This document shows positions 47,117 through 55,382 of a DNA stretch of 64,000 nucleotides, piece after piece. The DNA lies in the IMG/VR virus record IMGVR_UViG_3300037067_002514, positions 1 to 64,000 of that record, one strand, 5' to 3'. The stretch comes from a virus. Taxonomy: Duplodnaviria > Caudoviricetes. The translations under genes and the position numbers were made by a program. Position 1 is the first letter of the stretch; every line of letters starts with the position of its first letter. Under the pieces are notes generated by a model. It was not told the DNA's origin. It saw nothing but the letters and a program-made list of their open reading frames with translations, and searched no databases.

Positions 47117-48043
47117 CTAGGTATGATCTAATCTAATTATTACAGCATTTTCTAGGGCATCCAGTATCATACCATGCTGTACATATGTCCTTATGTACCA
47201 GGTAGGAGGTGCTGTAGACATTTCAGTCCACTGATCTTCTTTAGGCTCACCGTAGGTAATAAACTCACCAAGTTTGTCACCAACTACAACTACTAGATCA
47301 TCCCTGATCAGTTCATTCCTATCGTAAGGATTATCGTAGATTTGAGGTAAAGCCATAAAGGTAGTACCGTAGTAAGTACCTACCCAACCAGTTCTTTGAA
47401 TCTCTTCTAGAACTGAGTTTACTGCTACCATAGGTGCTGTAGATTCAGTAGAACCAACTGCTTGTCTATATCCAGCGAACTTAGTTACAGGTGCTAGGGC
47501 AGTCCTTCTTCCTACTACTGCTTTAACACCACCAGCTTCGTCATTGATCTTATCAATAGCTGATTCTAGTACTGTTCTAGTAATAGGGGCAGTCATGTAA
47601 TAGAAGTTAGTGTCATCATCAATAGAGGCTAAGGTGTATAAGGCTGTCATAATTCTTGTCTGGAAGAAATCATTCAGTTTTGCTTTCATTTCAGCCCTGA
47701 TTGATTCAACTGAACCAATTTCACCTGATTCAATTTCCCACAGATTATGGGATACCTGTACGTAATGCTGATCTATGTTGTAATTTACAACATCTTTTAA
47801 GGTTATCTGACTAGACAAAGTTGTCTGACCTGGCACAAACTGTCTTACTTCAATACCCCTTCTAACCTTTTTAACTATAGCATCACCAGGTTTTAATGCC
47901 CTAGTATTAAGGAACATACCAGCAATATCCAATGTTATATGCTTTGGGTCTACATAGCTTACTATTAATTCAGCTAAGGCTTTCTTATCTGTTTTTGCAA
48001 CAGAAGACATAGCTACTTTAAGCTCTTCTCTAGAAATTGTCAT
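47117..48043 (-). CDS. Major capsid protein (HK97-fold likely)
   Basis: 308 aa from ATG 48043 (SD GGAG); follows protease, scaffold and decoration genes and precedes a terminator and the adaptor. Assigned mainly by synteny. Confidence 0.75.
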   Translation of the reverse strand: MTISREELKVAMSSVAKTDKKALAELIVSYVDPKHITLDIAGMFLNTRALKPGDAIVKKVRRGIEVRQFVPGQTTLSSQITLKDVVNYNIDQHYVQVSHNLWEIESGEIGSVESIRAEMKAKLNDFFQTRIMTALYTLASIDDDTNFYYMTAPITRTVLESAIDKINDEAGGVKAVVGRRTALAPVTKFAGYRQAVGSTESTAPMVAVNSVLEEIQRTGWVGTYYGTTFMALPQIYDNPYDRNELIRDDLVVVVGDKLGEFITYGEPKEDQWTEMSTAPPTWYIRTYVQHGMILDALENAVIIRLDHT

Positions 48044-48132
48044 TGTAATCTCCTGCTTGCCTATAATGATATAAAACCACATGCAAGCGTTTAATTTATA
48101 TTTGGGCAGGAATGGTTACCTGCCCATATCTT

Positions 48133-48693
48133 TTAGTTCTCTATTTTTATAGTTAGTTTCTGGTTAGTTGAATCATACTCTAATACCTTGGCTACTTTAC
48201 CAGCAGCACTATACTTCTGCCATAGACCAGTACCTGAAGCTACTGATATCTTATCACCAACTACAAATGAATTAGCTGTGTAGCATCCAGACTCAACAGT
48301 ATAAATACCCTCGTCATAAGCCAACATAAGGGCACCACTAAGGATTGTTTGAGCTTCTTGGAATCTAGGGTGAGTAAGTCTCATTGTAAGACTGGAAATA
48401 GGTGAATCACTGTCACCAGCTACCCAACCCCTTAAAGTATAAGGCTGTGATGTAGTATTACTTGATTCATCCTGAGTAGGTAGTGTTTCATAAATAGGTG
48501 TTTTCTCGTTATACACCCTAAAGTTTGCAATATACCTTGCTTCTGGGTCTTCATCAGAAGTAGGATATTTAGCACCGATTACAACATCTGGGCTTGACTT
48601 TCCAGTTGCAGCACAAAGAACAACAGCCCTACCAGCAACTATGTCCTGTTGGGCTACGCAAGGAATCGCTGTACCCATTAATTTGATTTCCAT
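48133..48693 (-). CDS. Putative capsid decoration/cement protein
   Basis: 186 aa; A..DI.AGRAVV and GDKISV..GTG patterns; immediately upstream of the MCP. Confidence 0.6.
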   Translation of the reverse strand: MEIKLMGTAIPCVAQQDIVAGRAVVLCAATGKSSPDVVIGAKYPTSDEDPEARYIANFRVYNEKTPIYETLPTQDESSNTTSQPYTLRGWVAGDSDSPISSLTMRLTHPRFQEAQTILSGALMLAYDEGIYTVESGCYTANSFVVGDKISVASGTGLWQKYSAAGKVAKVLEYDSTNQKLTIKIEN

Positions 48694-48717
48694 CTATTTC
48701 ACCTCATTAGCGTTTAT

Positions 48718-49329
48718 TTACTTTAATTCTGATAATCCTTTCTTAAGGATTTCTATGGCCTGAATGTTCTCTGTGTTATACATTGGAGGAACCTTGTCTT
48801 CTTTTTCTGAACTAGAAACTTTGCTACTTTTCTTTAAAGAAGACATCTGAGATACTGTGAATTCAAAAACTTCCTCGGACATAGCTAACCATTTGTCTGT
48901 ATCTTTTTCAATACTGAAATCTAGCCCAGCTTCTGTAACCTTAGCCTGTCTTGTACTAATTAACTTAGCTGTAGCCTGTGTCTTTTCAGTTTCTGCTTTA
49001 AAAACTCTTAAAGTTTCAACTTCTGCTAATACCTCGGTTAAACTATTACTAGACTTTTCTAGTTCACTTTTTGATTCTTCCAGAGATTTAGTAAGAGTTT
49101 CAATCTGTGTACTCTTACCTGCTAGTTCTGTTGATAACTCTTCTATCTTCTTTTCTGATATAGAAAGCTTATCAGAGGTTTCCTTTAACAGTTTTTCTAA
49201 CTCTGTTACTTTATCTGTAAGTTCCATTTTCACCTCTTTATTTTCACTTATACTTAATATACCAACCTCTAGTACTTTTTTTATTTCTCTAAGTTGCTCT
49301 GTTGGTATTGTTGATAAATCTATTAGCAT
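48718..49329 (-). CDS. Putative scaffolding protein
   Basis: Long Glu/Lys coiled coil between the protease and decoration genes. Confidence 0.65.
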   Translation of the reverse strand: MLIDLSTIPTEQLREIKKVLEVGILSISENKEVKMELTDKVTELEKLLKETSDKLSISEKKIEELSTELAGKSTQIETLTKSLEESKSELEKSSNSLTEVLAEVETLRVFKAETEKTQATAKLISTRQAKVTEAGLDFSIEKDTDKWLAMSEEVFEFTVSQMSSLKKSSKVSSSEKEDKVPPMYNTENIQAIEILKKGLSELK

Positions 49330-49886
49330 TATAATCCTCTATTCTTTAACTCATTGTTTATCTGGTCTAGTAAATCCTTTGAACTTATTGAAAGTAGATT
49401 TGTTCTTCCTTCATACGCTGGATTTGACACAGCAGTTATAGCTTTTGTTACTACTCCAGTAAGCCAACTAACCCCATCTTCTAGTACTGAATCCTTGTAC
49501 CTTAATTCCCAAGAAAAATTTATATCTTTACCTGCTGAACTCTCATGCTTAAGAAATTCAACTAATTCTGGAAACTCATCATTGTATAAGGCACCATGAG
49601 CTATGATTTTGTCATTATCTTCCTTTCCTTCTATAATTATACCTACTGGTAATGAATTTGCATGTCCATAAATCATACCGTTAAAGTTAGCCTTTATAGG
49701 CATATAACTCATAGACTTTATTATATTAGGAAACTCAGATTTCTTTATACCTTGCTTGTTAGCATTTGGTTTATCGTCAGTAAATACTAATTCTATAGGG
49801 GTTAAAAGAGGATTTGAATACTCTGCAAGGCATATACTACTATCTATTTTAGCTTTTATATTTAGGGTTAAGTTTGACACAAGCAT
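49329..49886 (-). CDS. Putative prohead maturation protease
   Basis: GHA..LPVG (His), FSWE (Ser) and AV.NPAY pattern of HK97-type proteases. Confidence 0.65.
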   Translation of the reverse strand: MLVSNLTLNIKAKIDSSICLAEYSNPLLTPIELVFTDDKPNANKQGIKKSEFPNIIKSMSYMPIKANFNGMIYGHANSLPVGIIIEGKEDNDKIIAHGALYNDEFPELVEFLKHESSAGKDINFSWELRYKDSVLEDGVSWLTGVVTKAITAVSNPAYEGRTNLLSISSKDLLDQINNELKNRGL

Positions 49887-49931
49887 ACCTCACTAATAGT
49901 ACTCTATTATATATAAGCATATATTAGTTAA

Positions 49932-51023
49932 TTACTCACATATAGTTAATAAAACCTTATTAGTTACTGTACCCCATAAAAACTTTTCATTTTGTGAGTT
50001 CTTCTTTACTAGAGTAGATTTATGTAGTCTATATTCCCTGTCTCTATATAACTTTTCTAGTTTATTAACCATATCCTCTAATACTATCCTATCCCCAAAG
50101 TACTTAGAATTAGGTATACACTCTTTAGTTGATTTAATATAATCTACTGAATCCCCCCAAATATCTTTTAGATTCCCACAGTCAGTACAAAGGATGGGAA
50201 CACCACTTACAGAACTCTCTAAAAGAGGAAGTGCAAAGCCCTCACCCATAGTTGTACTACAATGTACATCAAAAGCGTTGTACATAACATTAAGGGTATA
50301 AAAATCTACATCCTCATGATTTATAAGAAGCTTATCACTTATATTATAATACTCTGCTAAATAGTTTAGGTCATAGCACGATTCATTGCCAGCAGTATGT
50401 ATTATTCCTAGTACATCATTTTTACCCATACTGAACTTTGAGAATGCTTCTATAAATAAATCAAATCTCTTTCTATAGGTGTTAGTACCAGTTATTCCAA
50501 CAACAAATGAACCAGATAGATTCATTTTATCCTTAGCATTTATATCCTTTTTAAACACCTCTGTATCTACCCCATGATACACTGGGGTAACCTTTCCACT
50601 ATATAGTTTACCTATCTCATTAGTTGAATAGTTTGTATAGGATAATATTGACTTTATACCTATAGTATTGAGTCTAGAAACGTCTTTATTAATTGGGGTA
50701 AAGTTAACTGGAAAGAAAGGTATAATATTTCCCCTATACTCAGTATGATCAAGATATTTTAGTATAATTCTGTCATCATTAAAAACAATTAAACAATCTG
50801 GTTCTTCTTCATCTATAACAGCCTGTAGACCACTAAAAGAGTACAGATCACCACCATTTTTAGCTGGATAAATGTAATAAGGGTATGGGTTCCTTTTCAT
50901 ACCATCATACCCTATACCATAAACCACTACTATATTATCCTTTGAAAGAATATTACATATATTATGAGTAACTATAGAAAATCCACTCAAAATACATGCA
51001 TCACCAACAAATAGTATTTTCAA
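49932..51023 (-). CDS. GT-B (GT4-like) glycosyltransferase, paralog of 42675..45014
   Basis: SGFSIVT, VYHGVDTEVF, TNTYRKRFD, YNAFDV..STTMGEGFALPLLESSVSG. Confidence 0.88.
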   Translation of the reverse strand: MKILFVGDACILSGFSIVTHNICNILSKDNIVVVYGIGYDGMKRNPYPYYIYPAKNGGDLYSFSGLQAVIDEEEPDCLIVFNDDRIILKYLDHTEYRGNIIPFFPVNFTPINKDVSRLNTIGIKSILSYTNYSTNEIGKLYSGKVTPVYHGVDTEVFKKDINAKDKMNLSGSFVVGITGTNTYRKRFDLFIEAFSKFSMGKNDVLGIIHTAGNESCYDLNYLAEYYNISDKLLINHEDVDFYTLNVMYNAFDVHCSTTMGEGFALPLLESSVSGVPILCTDCGNLKDIWGDSVDYIKSTKECIPNSKYFGDRIVLEDMVNKLEKLYRDREYRLHKSTLVKKNSQNEKFLWGTVTNKVLLTICE

Positions 51024-51032
51024 AATACCCCC

Positions 51033-51515
51033 TTACACTATAATTGACCCATAGGCTTGTCTATTATCCTTTTTTGCTTCAGATAAGGAAGCTACTGGGA
51101 TATACTCTATTTTCCTCTCTACTATAACTGGATTACTAAACAAGATTTCACCACTGTCTGATATAGTATAATCTAGCTTGCATAGAAAACTTGTATTGTT
51201 AAGATACACTTCTGCTACAATGTACGTATCAAATGTGTCCATAATCCATACCCTCTGTGTTGGTACTGGTTGATTATCAAGGTTGTCAGGAAAAAGTCTA
51301 TTTAACGCTTTCTGTATTTTATTTTCTGTTTCTCTTAGACTTTCTTCACTAAACTCTGTAACCCCAGCACTAGATTCCTTCTTACTCTTTTCATACTGAA
51401 CCTTACAAATAGCAATAGCACTACTCTTATTCTTACCAGTTTTCATTACAGAATCTACACAACTCTCCATGAATTTTATTGTGTTCTCGTTCTCATTTTT
51501 TATACCATATGGCAT
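51033..51515 (-). CDS. Hypothetical head-morphogenesis-associated protein
   Basis: FMESC...SAIAIC N-terminus and a D.F..YIV...LDYTI..GEI.FS.P..VERK..Y C-terminus, seen near phage proteases (recollection, not a search). Confidence 0.55.
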   Translation of the reverse strand: MPYGIKNENENTIKFMESCVDSVMKTGKNKSSAIAICKVQYEKSKKESSAGVTEFSEESLRETENKIQKALNRLFPDNLDNQPVPTQRVWIMDTFDTYIVAEVYLNNTSFLCKLDYTISDSGEILFSNPVIVERKIEYIPVASLSEAKKDNRQAYGSIIV

Positions 51516-51525
51516 TTTAAACCCC

Positions 51526-51996
51526 CTATAGTTTATTACCTAATAATTTTGCAATAACATGACACACTTTAAGGTGCATATCCTCTGCGTATTCATACAT
51601 TCCAACTTTAGTAGGAGTTAGCATAGACACATCACACATATCCATTAACTTACCCCCATCAAATCCAACTATGGATATTGTGTATCCTATAGAACTAGCA
51701 TAATTTACTGCATTGATAAGATTGGTAGAATTTCCACTAGCTGATATAACAATTAGTACATCACCCTCTTCAAATAGTACTTTCAGTTGATCTGAGAAGA
51801 TATAATCATATCCACGATCATTCCCTATCCTAGTTATATTTGATGTACTATCACAGAGGGATATTGCCTTATACCCCCTGCTCATTAAATCATTAGCTAG
51901 GTGGGAAGCCGTTGAAGCACTACCACCATTACCTGCTATATATATGAACCTATCCTTTTTTAATAGCTTAACAGCATCATATACAGTTCCTAGCAA
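51526..51996 (-). CDS. gmhA: Phosphoheptose isomerase-like SIS protein
   Basis: GNGGSASTASH, GND.GYD.IFS.QL, GDVLIVISASGNS.N, GFDGG, ED.H. Confidence 0.88.
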   Translation of the reverse strand: MLGTVYDAVKLLKKDRFIYIAGNGGSASTASHLANDLMSRGYKAISLCDSTSNITRIGNDRGYDYIFSDQLKVLFEEGDVLIVISASGNSTNLINAVNYASSIGYTISIVGFDGGKLMDMCDVSMLTPTKVGMYEYAEDMHLKVCHVIAKLLGNKL

Positions 51997-52952
51997 CTAA
52001 ATACCTCCTTTATTCTTGGGATATTTCTGTATATATTTCCCTCATAGTACAAGATTATCCCTTTATAGTACGCATCTGCTATACTTCTTATACCATCCTC
52101 AACAGTATACCTACACTCAAACCCCAATACTTTTTTTATCTTATCAGCATTAACATGATAAGACCTTAAATCATCTGATTCAACCTTGTTAATAATTATG
52201 TCATTTCCAATAACACCTCTTACTAGTTGTGCTAACTCATCTATAGTATAGTTACTATAAAGGACATTAAAAGCCTCTGAATCAACTAAGTTCCTAGGTG
52301 CTGTAAGCATCATCTTATATACCCTAACCATATCAAGCACATTAAGAGTAGGTCTCATCTGTGAACCCCCAAATACAGTCATTTTACCCGTTGTTAGGGC
52401 ACTTATAGTAAGAGCATTAACAGCTAAATCTAACCTTAACCTTGGGGAATAACCACATAAAGTTGATGGTCTAACAAATACATATTCTGTATTATTTAAT
52501 TCTGCCCTAATATACTCTTCATTCATTATTTTATGAAGACCATAAGTATCTACTGGGTCAGCTTTCTCTTCCTCTGTTACACTAACGGTTAATGGTTTAA
52601 TTCCATATTGACTTGTTGAACTTGCCACTATTAATCTCTTAATACTGTTTATATTACAAGCTTTAACAATATTGTAAGTAGATGAATAATCTATTGACTT
52701 AGCTAAGTCAATATCTATATCACCTGGGGCACCAGTAGAAGCAAGATGTATAATAGCATCGCAACCTTCACTGTACTTAACAACTTTATCAGTATCCCTA
52801 ATATCACCAATTATTTGGGTTAACCTATGATTATAAGGAAGTATATGCCTATATATGTACATGTCATATGTAATTACATCATGCTCTTTAAGTAGCTCAG
52901 GTACTAGTATACTCCCAACATACCCTGCTCCCCCAGTAACAAATACCCTCAT
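51990..52952 (-). CDS. NAD-dependent epimerase/dehydratase (extended SDR)
   Basis: TGGAGYVG, HLA, SSTSQYG, YGLHK (YxxxK), RLDLAVN, RP.LNV.D. Confidence 0.9.
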   Translation of the reverse strand: MRVFVTGGAGYVGSILVPELLKEHDVITYDMYIYRHILPYNHRLTQIIGDIRDTDKVVKYSEGCDAIIHLASTGAPGDIDIDLAKSIDYSSTYNIVKACNINSIKRLIVASSTSQYGIKPLTVSVTEEEKADPVDTYGLHKIMNEEYIRAELNNTEYVFVRPSTLCGYSPRLRLDLAVNALTISALTTGKMTVFGGSQMRPTLNVLDMVRVYKMMLTAPRNLVDSEAFNVLYSNYTIDELAQLVRGVIGNDIIINKVESDDLRSYHVNADKIKKVLGFECRYTVEDGIRSIADAYYKGIILYYEGNIYRNIPRIKEVFSC

Positions 52953-53920
52953 TAAATATCACCCACCTTAACTAATACTTTACCACAAAATCCACTTCTA
53001 AATGAATCTATTGCCTTATTTATACTATTAAACTCAAATAATTTAAGCTTAATTTTAGATACATCTATTATTCTAAATAAGTTATAAATATCATAGTCAG
53101 ACTGTATACCACCACCCCAAGAACCTATTATTCTCTTACCTTTTATAAAATCAAATGGTTTAACATTAAAAGAATCCGATGGTGGTGGATTACCTACTAG
53201 GATGAGAGTACCATTATCTACTAATGAGTTAAATGCTTGCTCTATTGACTTTACACTCCCTGTAGTATCTATAGCACAGTCTACTTTATCATATATATCT
53301 GTACTATCTGCCCCCAAGGTAATACCATATTTTTCCCTATCTTTATTAGTATCAGTAACATAAGTTTTAAATCCCCGATACTTTGCACCTAGGACACAGG
53401 CAGAGCCTATATTTCCCACACCATGTATCCTTATTGTTAAACCTGACGCATAGTTAAATACTGTTCCAGCACCTGTTGGTATCATACACCCAAATAGGGG
53501 TAGACTATAAAGCATTTTTTTTGGCATCTTACTTTTACCAAAGAACTTAACTAGTCTATTCTCTGGAACTATAGTATACTCTTGAAAGGTAGTTACTGCA
53601 CCTGCATTATATCCCTTATATACTGGTGCATCGGCATTTAATCCATCTACCTTAATCCAAGTAATTACAACTAAATCATTATCTTTTACCTTTGATACAT
53701 CCTCCCCTACCCCAATAACCTCACCAACTGCCTCATGACCAAGTAGGTGAGGTATATACTCTGAAAATTTATTACCAGATATCTCGTTTATTTGAGAACC
53801 ACAAATACCTGTACATAGTACTTTTACGAGTACTTGACCTCTTTTCAATTCTGGAAGTTCAATAGAAACTATCTCTAATGGCTTATTTATCTCTGTTAAT
53901 ACGGCAGCTTTAGTGTACAT
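52952..53920 (-). CDS. Zn-binding alcohol dehydrogenase (MDR)
   Basis: GQVLVKV..TGICGSQ, LLGHEAVG, GCMIPTGAG, GVGNIG. Confidence 0.9.
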   Translation of the reverse strand: MYTKAAVLTEINKPLEIVSIELPELKRGQVLVKVLCTGICGSQINEISGNKFSEYIPHLLGHEAVGEVIGVGEDVSKVKDNDLVVITWIKVDGLNADAPVYKGYNAGAVTTFQEYTIVPENRLVKFFGKSKMPKKMLYSLPLFGCMIPTGAGTVFNYASGLTIRIHGVGNIGSACVLGAKYRGFKTYVTDTNKDREKYGITLGADSTDIYDKVDCAIDTTGSVKSIEQAFNSLVDNGTLILVGNPPPSDSFNVKPFDFIKGKRIIGSWGGGIQSDYDIYNLFRIIDVSKIKLKLFEFNSINKAIDSFRSGFCGKVLVKVGDI

Positions 53921-53926
53921 TATATT

Positions 53927-54571
53927 TTAGGGAATAAACCAATAAAAATCCCCTGTATAACCCTCCTCTTTAAATAATTGTTTCCACTCTTCTACACTAT
54001 GAATAGTTTCAGCAGTTATGTTCCACTCTAGCATCCTTTTCTTCTCTTCTTCATTACTGTATGCATCTACAGTAATAAATGTCTTTTTTCCTATCCTCTG
54101 TATTTCCCTTACTGCCCTCCTGCATTCATCTTCTTTTAAGTTATGAATAGTGTTAATACATATTACTAGGTCAAATGATTTATCCGAATATGGTATATTA
54201 TTAACATTTGCCTGTATTGCAACTATTCCCTCTGGACAACAATTAACTGCATACTCTGAAATATCCATACCATATAGTTTAAGGTTATTATTATGCTGTT
54301 TAAAATCATATAGCATATAACCTTTAGCCATACCACAATCAAGTATTTTATCCCCATCACCTAGATTATAGTATTCTATAAATCTTTTAGTAACAGGAAT
54401 CCATCTTCCATCATAAATATATCCTCCATAGCAAATACGAGGTACTTTCATGTCAAAGTATCTCCAATCATATAGTCTTGCTATAGCTCTCTGTTCCTCA
54501 CTCTTCTCTTGTGCCCTAGTACTCGTATCCCTCTTTATCTTAGGATAATCTACTAGTAAATCTACTTCCAT
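53927..54571 (-). CDS. Class I SAM-dependent methyltransferase
   Basis: ILDCGMAKG, GMDISEYA, PYSDKSFDLVICINTIHNL. Confidence 0.9.
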   Translation of the reverse strand: MEVDLLVDYPKIKRDTSTRAQEKSEEQRAIARLYDWRYFDMKVPRICYGGYIYDGRWIPVTKRFIEYYNLGDGDKILDCGMAKGYMLYDFKQHNNNLKLYGMDISEYAVNCCPEGIVAIQANVNNIPYSDKSFDLVICINTIHNLKEDECRRAVREIQRIGKKTFITVDAYSNEEEKKRMLEWNITAETIHSVEEWKQLFKEEGYTGDFYWFIP

Positions 54572-54572
54572 T

Positions 54573-55382
54573 CTAACCTTCCTTTTTCATTTTATAACAA
54601 TACTCTGCTGTAGGAAATACACCACTTCTTACCTCACTAGCATATTCCATAAAAGCCTTCTTTATTTGTTCAGATATGTTTACATATCTCTTTGCAAACT
54701 TAGGTTTGAATCCTTCAAAGGTACCTAATAGATCACTAGATAGTAATAATTGACCATCAACATATTGACCAGCACCAATACCATATACTGGAATACTTAA
54801 TCTTTCTGTTATTATCTTTCCAGTTTCTGCTGGAACCCCCTCTACTAATAATATTGAAGCCCCTGCCCTCTCTACTGCCTTAGCATCATCAACAAGAATC
54901 TCTGCTGACTCTTGAGTATTCCCTTGTACTTTAAATCCACCCATCTGGGATGAACTTTGAGGTGTAAGACCAATATGACCTATAACTACCATACCAGAAT
55001 CCACTATACCCTCTATTTGAGGTGCTACTCTTTTACCCCCTTCTAGTTTAATAGCATCAACCCCCAATCTATAGAATTTACCAGCATTCTCTATTGCTGA
55101 TTCTACAGATTTTTGATATGACATAAAAGGCATATCCCCTACTACAAAGGTGTTAGGGGCAGCCCTTCTTACTGCTTCTGTATGATACAACATTTGTTCC
55201 ATAGTTACAGGCATTGTACTTGGGTACCCATATATTATCATACCTACTGAATCACCTACTAGAATCATATCTAATCCTGCTTGTTCTGCTAGGCTGGCTG
55301 TAGAATAATCATAAGCTACTACCCATGTAACCTTTTCCTTAACTTCCTTCATTTTTACTAGGTCTAGTATACTTTTCTTCAT
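54573..55382 (-). CDS. panB: Ketopantoate hydroxymethyltransferase (PanB family)
   Basis: AYD, ILVGDS.GM, GDMPF, KLEGG, GHIGLTPQ, GGFKVQG, GIGAG, DGQ. Confidence 0.95.
   Translation of the reverse strand: MKKSILDLVKMKEVKEKVTWVVAYDYSTASLAEQAGLDMILVGDSVGMIIYGYPSTMPVTMEQMLYHTEAVRRAAPNTFVVGDMPFMSYQKSVESAIENAGKFYRLGVDAIKLEGGKRVAPQIEGIVDSGMVVIGHIGLTPQSSSQMGGFKVQGNTQESAEILVDDAKAVERAGASILLVEGVPAETGKIITERLSIPVYGIGAGQYVDGQLLLSSDLLGTFEGFKPKFAKRYVNISEQIKKAFMEYASEVRSGVFPTAEYCYKMKKEG

Noticed and set aside
48044-48082. N-terminal hydrophobic extension MWFYIIIGK on the capsid protein
   Set aside because: It is an artefact of longest-ORF calling; the SD GGAG points to ATG 48043.
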